64,000 bases of DNA from assembly GCA_030704615.1 (NCBI GenBank), contig CM060732.1:39494001-39558000 (forward strand). The letters are read 5' to 3'. The notes under the pieces were generated by a model. The model was not told the origin of the DNA and made no database searches. It was given only the letters and a program-made list of their open reading frames with translations. Of this stretch, positions 1 to 11,600 are shown one piece after another (the stretch's first letter is position 1; each line of letters starts with the position of its first letter). The position numbers and the translations under genes are program-made. This DNA comes from Takakia lepidozioides. Lineage: Eukaryota; Plantae; Bryophyta.

Positions 1-1053
1 ATAGGTTATGACATAGCAGACCATCTTGCCCAACTTGGTGCTATTCAGCCAATCATCAACCCCTCGACCAGCCTTATCCACCGATCGCACACATACGCGT
101 TTTGGCTCATATCAACAAGGCTAGATTCCCGACCATAGCACCTGTACGGATTCTGCACACACACATTCAAGGCGAGACCAAACTACTCTTACAAGAATCC
201 CACACCTACATAAATTCGTACATATCTAAGTGGGTCTCATCCCCACACCTGCTACATAGTATGTCCAATCATTTTTGGACATCCCCCAGGATTACCGACG
301 CACAAATCAAACAAACTTTGAAATTTCGGTATGGGCAATCAACGACGGAACTTGTTCTGGCCATTATTATACCCCAATAAACACTGCATGTTATATTCAT
401 CCCAAAATCCCCAAATAGATACATGGCCACACTTACTTCTCCACTGCAACCACCCCATACTACATGGGTTGCGGGTATCCAGACATAACCAAGGGGTTAG
501 ACAACTCCACAAAATTCTCACTTCACATCTGAAATCCAGATGGTTTAACCTCATCAATGTAGGCACATTCTAAGGTCGCCCACTGGACCACACCATACCC
601 CCATGGCTGCTACCGTGTATATGCTCCCAAGGACACCCGTGCCTTTGTCTAGCAAGACTATGCCCATATATTTTGCTAGTCCAAGGACTTCATATACAGG
701 CATTGCCACCGACAGAACCGCTTCCATCTCTCAATTTTTTTTTTTTGGAATTTGCATTTTGCCATGATCGAAATCCAGATCAATCAATTATGTACAAACA
801 TGAAAAATATGACCCAATCATACATGCCCTCCGTCACAGAGGCTGGAACGCGGCACCTCTGACTGTCATCACTGCGGGTATCAGGGGCGGTGCTCATACC
901 CATAATATCCAAAGTTTGAAAGATAATCTTAACCTACCACCCAAATACACTACACCTCTACTACGAGCGTTGTATTTCATGGCTATCTCATCACTCACAT
1001 CCCTAATCCTCAATAAACGTAAGATTGAAAGTGGCCAGCTAGCCACTGTGTGA
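1..1053 (+). mobile_element. Degenerate 3' part of a Dualen/RandI-like non-LTR retrotransposon (RNase H end, zinc knuckle, restriction-like endonuclease)
   Basis: Frame 1 opens IGYDIADHLAQLGA (RNase H GNxxADxLA motif). It is followed, with frameshifts and stops, by KFRYGQ, CMLY...DTWPHLLLHCNH...RHNQGVR, IPPWLLP, RLCPYIL (degenerate RPDI) and EFAFCHD...KHEKYDPIIHAL...GW...ITAGIRGG (RLE-type). Confidence 0.7.
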
Positions 1054-1077
1054 CAGGTTACAATTCGGATAGAGCCC

Positions 1078-1768
1078 AACGCCTTCACAACCGAGGTCCA
1101 AGCCCGGAAACCTTGAACTGGAGTGGGTTCAAGGAATTGATGAAGAGACAGTTTGTGCCCCTCAACGCATCCTGGCTCGCCCGGGACAAGATGAGGAATT
1201 TGAAGCAAACAGATGACATTCGGGGATATGTTCAGGCTTTCAATGTGCTGTTGCTCGAAGTCGCGGACATGGCAGAACCAGAAATGGTCTTCAACTTTGT
1301 GGCGGGGTTGGCCCCATAGGCCAGGCGGAAGTTGGAGGAGAAGCCACGTAAGACTTTGAACGAGGCAATTGAGAGGGCTGAATGTTTCTCGGATGTCCCT
1401 AGGGGTGAAAGACAAGGCCGTACGGAGCTGAACCACAAGAAGACCCGGCGGAAAGGTGACTCCTTCCAACCGGAAAAGAAGTGGGATAGGCCACGCGGCG
1501 ACAATAGCACGTGGAAATCGAAGGGAGGGCCTTCACACGTCAAGGCGGCACCTGGTGCTCCGAAAGGAAAAACAGGTGCAGCGGCTTATGGCGGACAGAA
1601 GGCAACCTTCGATGGAGTGTGTTTCAATTGCGGGGAGCTCGGGCACATGGCCAAGAAGTGCACGAAACCCCGACAATTGAACATGACTCGGGCGACCACA
1701 GAGCTGTCGGAAGATACCATCAGTCGCTTGGTGGAAGCTGTGGTCGCCAGGACTTGCAAGGTAGGCAA
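1078..1768 (+). mobile_element. Isolated gag fragment of the chromovirus family (CCHC knuckle CFNCGELGHMAKKC)
   Basis: Near-identical to 9171-9853. No LTR or pol; premature TAG at 1317-1319. Confidence 0.93.
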
Positions 1769-2200
1769 CTAGCAGGGAAATCGGCCCTTCCCTTGCAACA
1801 CACCCAGGGGATCCGCCAAAAGTTTCTTGTGAATAAACATAAAAGCTGTCCACGATACCCACTAAGTTATCTGTAGTAACTAGATACAATCTTTTCATCA
1901 TAGGGACGATTGTTTTATTGGGAACTTTGGGAACTATAAGTGAAGTTTGTGGCATTTCAAAACCTGCACTGATCCACACATTCTCCCTTAAATAAAAGTC
2001 TATGTGGATAAGCTAGTCTTATAAACAGAGTCTAGCTATACAGTCTAACTCCAATAGAACAGGACCTGAATCAAAGCTTTAGATTCGATAGAATATCCTA
2101 TAATTCTGGAGAAGATTCTTGATAATATTCATACTAATACTGGGATTTGGCTCCATAGATGGTGTAGAGGCAAACTTCATACTCTCGAGAGGTACGGGAA

Positions 2201-2535
2201 TGCCGAGAATCACAGGTCTCGGGGAGGGAGAGAGCGGCCACGCTACCTATAAAAACTCACAATGCCGAGAATTACAAGAATTGCAGGTCTCGGGGAGATA
2301 GAGAGGGGCCACGCTACCCATAAAAGCTCGCAATACCCAGAATTGCAAGAATTGCAGGTCTCGGGGAGATAGAGAGGGGCCACGCTACCAATAAAAGCTC
2401 GCAAGGCCGAGAATTGCAAAGAATTGCAGGTCTCTGGGGAAGAGAGAGGCGGGGCCACGCTACCAATAAAAGCTCGCAAGGCCGAGAATTGCAAAGAATT
2501 GCAGGTCTCTGGGGAAGAGAGAGGCGGGGCTACCT
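2201..2535. repeat. Tandem minisatellite, about 5 copies of a ~60-76 bp unit
   Basis: Repeated GCCGAGAATTGCAA(A)GAATTGCAGGTCTC...GAGAGAGG..GGCCACGCTACC(A/T)ATAAAAGCTCGCAA. Confidence 0.9.
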
Positions 2536-3000
2536 ATAGATGCTAGCAGCTCGCTTGCATGTCCTCATCTCTTTGGTGCTGCACCCTTCTGGTATTTGAG
2601 GGAGTGCGTGGCTAGTGTGAGTCGACCTTACGCTGAGTAGTAAGCTGTAGTAAGTTGGCATCTCCTAGCTCTCTATGATACTCATGTCCTTTGGTTATGT
2701 GGGTCATCATTCATTCCCCGGATTTCCAATCTCTTACTGAATATCGGCAGGTGTACATATGTGATCGCTCTACCTTCAGTTCAATAGATTGTCTATTGCT
2801 GCATATGCATGATACACCTTATTACTAGATGTTTCATTGTCAACTGTTGTACATCTTATCCCTCTCCACTAGCCTAGAGGAGTTTTGTAATAGATAATGA
2901 GCGCCTATGGATGTTAGGTTGATCATTTGGCATCTTTTCATGAGCAATGCATGCATGCTATCGATCGATCAACCACCTGATTATATTGTCTGTGCTGCAG

Positions 3001-3800
3001 GTCGAACTACAAACTGGGATGAGGCAATTGAAGCGTTATCTTTGACCATGGCAAACGCACAGCTTTTGATGTTGGCCGTGCAGCTCCATGTCTCCTTTCT
3101 GTCTGCACTAGGTGCAAAAGGCTCCGAGCCTCATCTCCTTGGTGGGGCCAGCGTACAAGAAGAACAGACTCAACGTATCTTGGTCGAGGAGAGTCACTTC
3201 AACTTCAAGGATCAGTTGAATTCTATCGAATTCAACAAAGTCCCTTACGCCGGATTGAAAAAACGGGCGGTCCAAGGCAGATTTGAGGAGATTTAGCACA
3301 ACTCGGATCAGCTTAACACACCAATTACATTCCCAAAAGTACAATGGATCTATAGAGTAGCTTTCTATATGTACTCCATCAATATTCTGAATCAATATAT
3401 CGACCATGCTTACAACTTCAATTTGATCCAAAGGACTGACGGAACGTGGTTCTGGAGCAACAATCCCCAGGAAGAGTTGCCTGCTGGGGTCGTAGCCGCT
3501 TGGGTGGACAATATATGCACATCACTCGGTGATGACGGTTCTCCTTCACACCTGCAAATCTTGCATGCCTTTGAGTCGACCTTTGGTACAGGGATGTTGA
3601 GCTTCATTAGTATGGGAGTCTCCAACTGGTCAATGAACTCTGCACCCAACGCATACCTTGACGTCGTCCACACCCGCGTAGCTGTTGTTGGGACAGGCAC
3701 AGCCCCTGTTGATTGCCAGGCGCTCCCGCCAATGAGTATCGGCGAAGTTTCATTTTTCTATCATGTTAACAATCGAAGGATCCTGAGTGCGCAGGGATGA
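3001..3800 (+). pseudogene. Putative large exon of an unrecognised protein gene with one in-frame stop
   Basis: ORFs 2907-3296 and 3369-3800 share a frame and are separated only by TAG at 3294-3296. Acceptor-like TGTGCTGCAG ends at 3000; AATAAA lies at about 3825. Confidence 0.35.
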
Positions 3801-4276
3801 CTCTAGACTTTGTGCGAACAAAGTAATAAAACGTTTGCTAGTTTCTAGCAGACTCTCATTTCAGAGTCACTTGATTACAGTGTCTGTTACGTGATATTGT
3901 CCTTCAAGACTCTCTTCAATTCAATAAAAAAGATGCTTTCAATTTGCATGTAGGTAACCAAATTTCTAACTTCAAATGTCTTTTTGCTTGCAAAGTTCTT
4001 AGTTTAATCAATGTAGCCATTGCTTGAATAGCTTAATACCTTGAAAGAACTCGCCTTCATACATCACTGTCTTCCCTATCCCTGGCTGTTGCTGTTGCAG
4101 GGTGTGGTCTTTCTTTCTAGCTTTCCGAGGACGGTACGAAGTACCATTTCATTTCACTTCTTTCTTTCTTCATCTCTTCTTGAATTCATTGACTTTCACT
4201 CTCTCTATGTTATACTCTTTCTTTCTGTCTTTCTTTCTTCATCTCCTCTTGAATTCATCCACTTTCACTCTCTCCA

Positions 4277-7200
4277 GGATCTTCAGAGCACAAAGTCTTC
4301 TTCATTAGATTCAAGGACAAGGGTGCTCGGGATAGAGTCCTCAAGCAGAGGCCTCAATTGAGAGGTCAAGGTATGTACATCAATGATGACTTGACCCCTT
4401 TGCAATACAACGCCATGCGGATGCAACTCTTGCAGGTTAAGCAAGCTCGAGCTCAGGGGCACTATGTCGTGTACCGAGATGGGAGGGTAATTGTCCGGGA
4501 GCACGAGCGTCGCCCCTCTAGCTCTAAATAGGGGTTGGGGCACCATGAGACCAACACACGCTCACATCTACACATTGGCTCATGGAACTGTAATGGTTCG
4601 TTGTGGAGCCACCCCCAAGGGCTTCTAGATATTCTTTCCAAGTGTGATATTCTTTTTTTTTGGAAACTCATGCGTATAAAGGAAAGGACCCCCCTTTTAT
4701 TCTCGGTTATAGCGTTCAGTCAATGATTCGTCCACGTACAGGTCTCAAAGGATCTGGAGATGTGGCTTGTTACTTTGCTGACTGGCTTCTCCCACTTATC
4801 TCTTTCCCATACAAAGACCCACTGGCAAGGTACATTTGGTGTCACATTAAAGGCTACAACATCCTGCTGGCGGGATGTTATTTTGCTCCGGCTGCATCTC
4901 CGCACAATGGCCTACATATTCGAATAGATTCACCATATGTTCCATTGGAGGCCAAAGCGTGGTTGACTATCTCTTGGGGAGCCCCAACAAATCTGATAGA
5001 ATAAGCTCATTTTTCATCACGAGGTACCCGAATTCTGATCACTCTTGCCTTTCCTTTGCATTTCCTTCCATCCCCCTCCCCGTGAGGATTCCCTCTGCGT
5101 CCCTTCCCTTACACCCACGTATCCACTTTAATACCCCTATCTCTCACTTACACGACGCCGAGTATGAAACATACCTAGAGTCAACCCTCCCTTCCATTCT
5201 ACATCTACCATCTCCTAACGATAAGGCTACACATCTTACTCAAGCCCTTTGGGACTCAGCCATGCGATCCTTTCCCGTCACCCTTCCATCTACCTCCCCA
5301 CCTTTCTCCACTCGTCGTTACGCACCATTTTATGATGAGGAATGCAAGACTGCTAGATGTCACATCAAATCTTTACTACTTGATACCAATTCTTCTCCAG
5401 AGTCCACTAATCTTGCTCTTAAGCACTATAAGTCCCTCATTAGATCCAAAAAGCAAGCCTACACTATCAAGTTGCAATCTTCTTTCCTTGCTAAAATCAG
5501 ATTTTCTCCTCGTTCTTTTTTGTCCCTCCTTAAACCTCATGGAGACCCCCCCCCCCCCCTCCCCAAATCACTGACATTCACGTCTGGCATGAGTATGCAC
5601 AGTCTTTGTACCATTCCCCAACCCAAACTCCTTCTCCTATAACCTCTAAACCCCTTCACTTCTCTCTCTTTACTACGGCCAATGTCAGTAAGGCAATCAA
5701 GAAGCTGCAAAATGGCAGAGCAGTGGATATTTTAGGACTTCAGAGTGAATTCATCAAGCATGCTGCACCTACTTTAGCCCCTTTTATAGCTAACCTCTTC
5801 AATGAAGTGGTGCAACGGGGCTTTCCAACAGAGTGGACAAAGAACATTATCCACCCACTTTTCAAGAGCGGTGACAGGCTCGCATCGGCAAACTATCGTA
5901 CTATCACGGTGTCCTCATTACTTGCTAAACTGTGTGGGGCAGTAGTGGCCATGGAACTGGATGATTGGGCTGAGTCCTCTCGCATTCGTGCTGAGGGACA
6001 GGCTGGTTTCCGTCGCAACAGATCCACTATTGACCACATCTTCACTCTTCAGGTTATGGTGGAAAGTGCATGCTATGACAAAAGAATGGTCTATGTTTGC
6101 TTCGTGGACTTTCACAAAGCCTTTGATTCAGTTCCTCGGGACCTTCTCTTCCAACGGCTCCATAGAGTGGAAGTCCCTCCAGACATCCTTTGTGCCATCT
6201 CTTCTATGTATGAGATTGTCACTGGCATGGTCAACGTCGCTGGTGAATTCTCAGCCGAGATCCACAGCAACATTGGAGTCAAACATGACTCCCCCCTTTC
6301 ACCTACCCTGTTCGGGATCTACATTGACGCCTTGGAGAATTACATATCAAAAAACCATGGGATTGGGGTACCATTGGATGGGGGACCAACCCAATCAGAT
6401 CTCCTCTACGCTGATGATGTTGCCCTTTTGGCACAATCCCCGGTCTTTCTGCAACGCCATCTCAAAATTTTGGAACAGTTCTGCAAAGACTATGGGATGC
6501 AAGTCAATCTTAGCAAGACCAAGATCATGGTCTTCAATGGCCAGGCTGATCATAGATTCATCTTCAACCAGCAGGAAATTGAGATTGTGAAATCATACCG
6601 GTACCTGGGTCTGGTTATCCACTCCCCCAAGTTTCACTTTGCAGCCACTGCCTTGGACAGATTGACTAAAGGTAAGGCGGCCTCCGTCCGCCTTCAGGCC
6701 AAATGCAAGCAAATACATCTGCAGCATCCCCCGACCAAAAAGTTGTTGTTTGACACCGTCGTCAGCCCTGCTACCATCTATGGTTGTGAGTTATGGGCAC
6801 CTAGTGTCCCTGTCTCTTGGTGGGAAAAGAATTTGGAACCATTACAATCATCTTTTCTCCAAGCAATGCTTGGCGCTATGAGCACAACTCCATCTCAGAT
6901 CCTAGCTGCAGAGTTCGCATGTGTACCATTGCAATCTGAGGCCCTCTTCAGGCTTACAATCTTTCTCCATAGATTGCAGGCCCTTCCACCCAAAAGGCTA
7001 GTGGCAAGGGCCCTCACAACATCTATGAGGCTCAAAGCTGCAGGTTTCAGGAACTCCTGGTATGCTCGAGTGGACAGTTTATTTCAACGTAACAGACTTT
7101 CTACTGCTTTCCTATTACCAATGAACCCAGATGAGGTGGACATCACATCTAGACATGACCGCAACAGACTCATTCGGACAGAGCTTATGGAATTACATGT

Positions 7201-7745
7201 CAAGAGAACTTGGAAGCTACCCAATCTCAGGACAAAGCTCCACTTCTATCGAGAGACATTCTTGGTGCTCTGCGATGATAGAATCTTGAGACCAAATTAC
7301 CTTTCAGCACCCTTATCTCCTTCCCTCCTGAGGGCATTGGGGCGGTTCAGGGTGGGTTCCCACAACCTACGGATAGAGACTGGCAGATGGGAAAACCTGC
7401 AACGGGAGGACCGCCTATGTCCAGTTTGCATAGGACGCAGCAAGGAAATTGAAACTGAAGAACACTTCTTCTTCTACTGCCCTCTATACTATGAGATCCG
7501 TGGGAGATTCCACTGTTTATTCAGTGGAACCCAATCTCACTGATGTCTTTCACTATGAGGATAAAAAATGCTTGGCAGCCTACCTACACGAGGCCTTCAC
7601 CCTTAGACAATCGCTAGAACATTAATTGTGGTTTCTGGATTTGTTCATGAATTTGAGAGCACCGGCAACGAGGGCGGATCTTCCATTTTGTCCCATAAGC
7701 TCTATGAGCTTTCCGCGGACGTTATAAAGCACCATTTCATTTCAT
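4277..7745 (+). mobile_element. RTEX-like LINE, 5'-truncated (ORF1 end, APE, RT, C-terminal zinc finger, CATTT tail)
   Basis: ORF1 C-terminus RFKDKGARDRVLKQRPQLRGQGMYINDDLT ends at 4531. APE motifs SWNCNG, ETH, VVDY and SDH are frameshifted or partly deleted. Tail reads GGACGTTATAAAGCAC(CATTT)n. Confidence 0.88.
5606..7543 (+). CDS. LINE ORF2 reverse transcriptase and C-terminal zinc finger (RTEX-like)
   Basis: NYRTITV, QAGFR, FVDFHKAFDSV, GVKHDSPLSP (degenerate QGxPLSP), LYADD, YRYLG, RFRVGSHNLRIETGRW...CPVC...ETEEHFFFYC. Confidence 0.92.
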   Translation: MYHSPTQTPSPITSKPLHFSLFTTANVSKAIKKLQNGRAVDILGLQSEFIKHAAPTLAPFIANLFNEVVQRGFPTEWTKNIIHPLFKSGDRLASANYRTITVSSLLAKLCGAVVAMELDDWAESSRIRAEGQAGFRRNRSTIDHIFTLQVMVESACYDKRMVYVCFVDFHKAFDSVPRDLLFQRLHRVEVPPDILCAISSMYEIVTGMVNVAGEFSAEIHSNIGVKHDSPLSPTLFGIYIDALENYISKNHGIGVPLDGGPTQSDLLYADDVALLAQSPVFLQRHLKILEQFCKDYGMQVNLSKTKIMVFNGQADHRFIFNQQEIEIVKSYRYLGLVIHSPKFHFAATALDRLTKGKAASVRLQAKCKQIHLQHPPTKKLLFDTVVSPATIYGCELWAPSVPVSWWEKNLEPLQSSFLQAMLGAMSTTPSQILAAEFACVPLQSEALFRLTIFLHRLQALPPKRLVARALTTSMRLKAAGFRNSWYARVDSLFQRNRLSTAFLLPMNPDEVDITSRHDRNRLIRTELMELHVKRTWKLPNLRTKLHFYRETFLVLCDDRILRPNYLSAPLSPSLLRALGRFRVGSHNLRIETGRWENLQREDRLCPVCIGRSKEIETEEHFFFYCPLYYEIRGRFHCLFSGTQSH

Positions 7746-7908
7746 TTCTTCCTCTTGAGCAGGTAGCCCAGTGGTTGGGTGTTTGTCCCTTGCCTGTGCA
7801 TAACTTAGGTGATCGTGGGTTCAATCCTTCAACATGTGCCTTCAGACCGTCCATTGGGCCCTCGATGGCATGTGGGTTGAGCAGTAGACTCTGTAAATTC
7901 ACTGGACG

Positions 7909-8637
7909 TGTCGCGGCCCTTTGCCTTGAGGGCAGGGGGTCGGGACACAAGAGGGGCTGCCCCTGTGGTGGGGGCAGTGGCAGCAATAGGTATGGGGGGG
8001 CTGAAGCACCCTTGAGTGCCCAAGGCACTCAAGGAGGCGGAGGCGCTCACTAGGTAGAGCCCCGCACACCGGGTTGCGGTGGGGGTGGCTCCACAAGGGG
8101 TGGTGGTAGCTTAGCGGGACTTAGTGGGGGTGGCATAGGACTCACCCTGGGGCGGAGACCTCGTGGTGGGAGTCGTGGGGAGTCTTGGGACTCATCACGG
8201 TCCATTGGGGCCGTGGTGGGTGGGCCAAGACTCACCGCGACTCATCACCGGGAGTCGAGGGTGTTCGTGGTGGTTCGTCATAAAATGGCATGGTTGTTTG
8301 TGAAACCCCCGCGGACAACTACAGAAGTATATATAGGGAATAGTAACCCCGAGAACGGTGCAAGCCCGTTGGTGACCAAAAACTAGTGAGTAAGCGAGCG
8401 AGCCGGAAAGCGACCAAAGAGTGGGGAGCTGTTCCAGACTGCCAACTACCAAAGGGAATTCCGCTGGTTCCAAATCGTTGGAGGGTTCTTTGGGGGATCA
8501 AAGGGGGACCGTTATTCCCCGGTGAGCAGCCGGAGCTCCAAGTTGGCCCGGCGGCCAGGTTGGGAGTTAGGCGCACGCATCAAGCGAGTAACTATGACTT
8601 GAGGGAAGGGGAGTTTACCGAAGTGAGGTGCGCGACA
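7909..8637 (+). repeat. 5' LTR
   Basis: TGTCGCG...CGCGACA terminal inverted repeats; TATATATAG box at about 8328. Confidence 0.96.
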
Positions 8638-8639
8638 CT

Positions 8640-8651
8640 TGGTATCAGAGC
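8640..8651 (+). promoter_or_regulatory. Primer-binding site for initiator tRNA-Met
   Basis: TGGTATCAGAGC 2 nt after the LTR. Confidence 0.93.
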
Positions 8652-8692
8652 TTAGAGTTCAGTACACGATCGTCCTTGGGATTGGCCTCATC

Positions 8693-11600
8693 ATGGGGTC
8701 GGGCAAGCCAAAGCCAAAGCGGAACGGCCCAAAAGATAATGATCCTGGTGAGCCCGATGGGGGCGACGTGTCACCGAGGCGGCCGTTTGAGGAAGCGATA
8801 CATGTTTCCGAAAACGAGGCCGCTCAAGAGCGGGAGGAATCTAAGGAGTCGGAGCCTGAAGAATCCCTGAGAGCTCCGACCGACCAACAGATGTCTCCTA
8901 TGTCGGCAGCCTTTTGGGAAGGGTTGTTGGCGCAATTTGGCGAGACGTTGAAAGACGTGTTGAAGGCGACTAATGCCACTTCCACTAAGGCAAAGTTTAA
9001 GGTTAAGCCTAAGGAACCCGACACCTTCGAGGGCATCCGAAATCGGAAGGCACTCAACACCTGGCTCTTGGAGCTAGAGCAGTACTTCCGGGCGGCCAAG
9101 TTGAGTGACGAGGATCGGGTGGAAGTGGCTCCCACCTATTTGAGGGGCTATGCTCAGCAATGGTGGCAGAAACGCCTTCACGACCGAGGTCCAAGCCCGG
9201 AGACCTTGAACTGGAGTGGGTTCAAGGAATTGATGAAGAGGCAATTTGTGCCCTTCAACGCGTCCCGGCTCGCCCAGACAAGATGAGGAATTTGAAGCAA
9301 ACAGATGACATTCGGGGATATGTCCAGGCTTTCAATGGCTCGAAGTCGCGGACATGGCAGAACCAGAAATGGTCTTCAACTTTGTGGCGGGACTGGCCCC
9401 ATGGGCCATGCGGAAGTTGAAGGAGAAGCCACCTAAGACTTTGAACGAGGCAATTGAGAGGGCTGAATGTTTCTCGGATGTCCCTAAGGGTGAAAGACAA
9501 GGCCGTACGGAGCTGAACCACAAGAAGACCCGGCGGGAAGGTGACTCCTTCCGACCGGAAAAGAAGTGGGATAGGCCACGCGGCGATAATGGCACGTGGA
9601 AATCGAAAGGAGGGCCCTCACAAGTCAAGGCGGCACCCGGTGCTTCGAAAGGAAAAGCGGGTGGAGCGGCCTATGGCAGACAAAAGGCGACCTTTGATGG
9701 AGTGTGTTTCAATTGCGGGGAGCCCGCGCACATGGCTAAGAAGTGCACGAAGCCCCGGCAATTGAACATGACTCGGGCGACCACAGAGCTGTCGGAAGAT
9801 ACCATCAGTCGCTTGGTGGAAGCGGTGGTCGCCAGGACTTGCAAGGTAGGCAATTTTTCTTATGAGTTGTATCAGGAAACTGGCGCCTTACGTAAAGGGA
9901 GTCGGTTATTGTTCGTGGATGGGATAATATCCGGAACTAACGTGTTGTTGTTGGTGGATACAGGAGCGTCACACTCCTTCATGACACCGGCAACGGCACA
10001 AAAGTTGGGACTCCCGACAAGTGACGTGTGGGCCTCTATTGAGGTGCGTTCTGCCAAAGGAGAACTGCAATTGGCGACAAGGTTGGCGTTTGATGTTCCT
10101 CTTCAACTGGGGAGTTGGGAGGGACGTGAGAACTTCACCATCTTCGAGATCGCTGGAGTGGATCTCATTTTGGGGATGACCTTTTTTAGCAAATCCGGAG
10201 CGGTCATAGATGGCCGCAAGAGAGTAGTCACGCTGCCATGTGGGAATGGTGGCGAGGTCTTACGAGTGTCGGAAACGCGCAAACCCGTGGGAGGGAGAAT
10301 AAACCTTCTGTCAGCAAGGGAATGGGCCGTGGAGGAGGCACATGAGCCCCAGTTTTTGCTCTACATTAGAGAAGTGAAGGGAGAAGGCGATGGGGAGCCG
10401 AGCCCAGATTGGATCAAGGGGATTTTGGAGAAATACCAGGATGTGATGCCGGAGGATTTACCAAGCGGCTTGCCACCGCGAAGAGGAGTTGACCACAAAA
10501 TTGAGGTGATACCGGGATCGGAATCGCCTGCCAAGGCGCCCTACCGGTTGAGTCACAGAGAGTTGGTCGAGCTGAAGACTCAGCTCAAAGATCTAATGTC
10601 AAAGGGGTACATCCGGTCGAGTAAGTCACCTTACGGAGCCCCGGTGCTATTCGCAGACAAGAAGGATGGGACGCTGCGGATGTGTGTCGATTACAGGGCT
10701 TTGAATAAGGTGACTATCAAAAACCGGTACCCTTTGCCAAGGATCGACGACCTTTTCGATTGGTTGGCAGGAGCGAAGTATTTCAGCCGGATCGATCTGC
10801 GCTCCGGCTATCATCAAATTCGAGTGGCGGAAGGAGATGAGGAGAAGACCGCGTGTAGGACAAGGTATGGTTCATTTGAGTTCTTGGTGATGCCTTTTGG
10901 ACTCACCAACGCTCCCGCGACCTTTAGCACGCTGATGAACAGCCTTTTCCAGGAGTGGTTGGATGACTTTGTGATCGTGTACATCGACGACATCTTGGTG
11001 TATTCGAAAACAAAGGAAGAGCACCTGGAGCACCTCAAAAGGGTGTTCCAGAAATTGCAGGAAGGGAAGCTGTATGCCAAAGCTTCAAAGTGCGAATTCG
11101 GGGGGTCACAAAAGTGGAGTTCCTGGGGCATGTGATTACACAGGATGGGATCAGAATGGATGACAGGAAGGTGAGGGCAATCTTGGACTGGGAGCCTCCG
11201 ACTTCGGTCCCGGGAGTGCGATCCTTCCTAGGACTCGCCTCCTATTACCGGAAGTATGTGAGAAATTTTGCCAAGATCGTGGGGCCGCTGTCAGACCTTC
11301 TGTGTAAATCCAAAGTCTGGGCATGGAACACCTTTTATGGCCAAGCTTTTGCTGAATTGAAGCAGCGGATGGCGGAAGCTCCAGTCTTGAAAATCCCGGA
11401 GTTCGATCGTCCGTTCGAGATTCATACAGATGCGTCGGACTTCGCGATTGGGGGTGTACTGATGCAAGATGGACGTCCAGTGGCTTACGAAAGTAAGAAA
11501 CTGAATGAAGTGGAGCGACGGTGGCCGACGCACGAGAAAGAGATGAAGGCGGTGGTGCACTGTCTTGAGCTTTGGCACCACTATGTTGGTTCCAACCCAG

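Noticed and set aside
2201-2535. CRISPR-like repeat-spacer array
   Set aside because: Contiguous tandem units with no spacers, in a eukaryotic context with no cas genes.
7764-7835. tRNA gene
   Set aside because: A and B boxes are present, but there is no acceptor stem or cloverleaf; the tail and TSD indicate a SINE.
7899-8655. Pro/Gly-rich ORFs in the LTRs
   Set aside because: By-products of G-rich sequence; the frames are broken in other copies.
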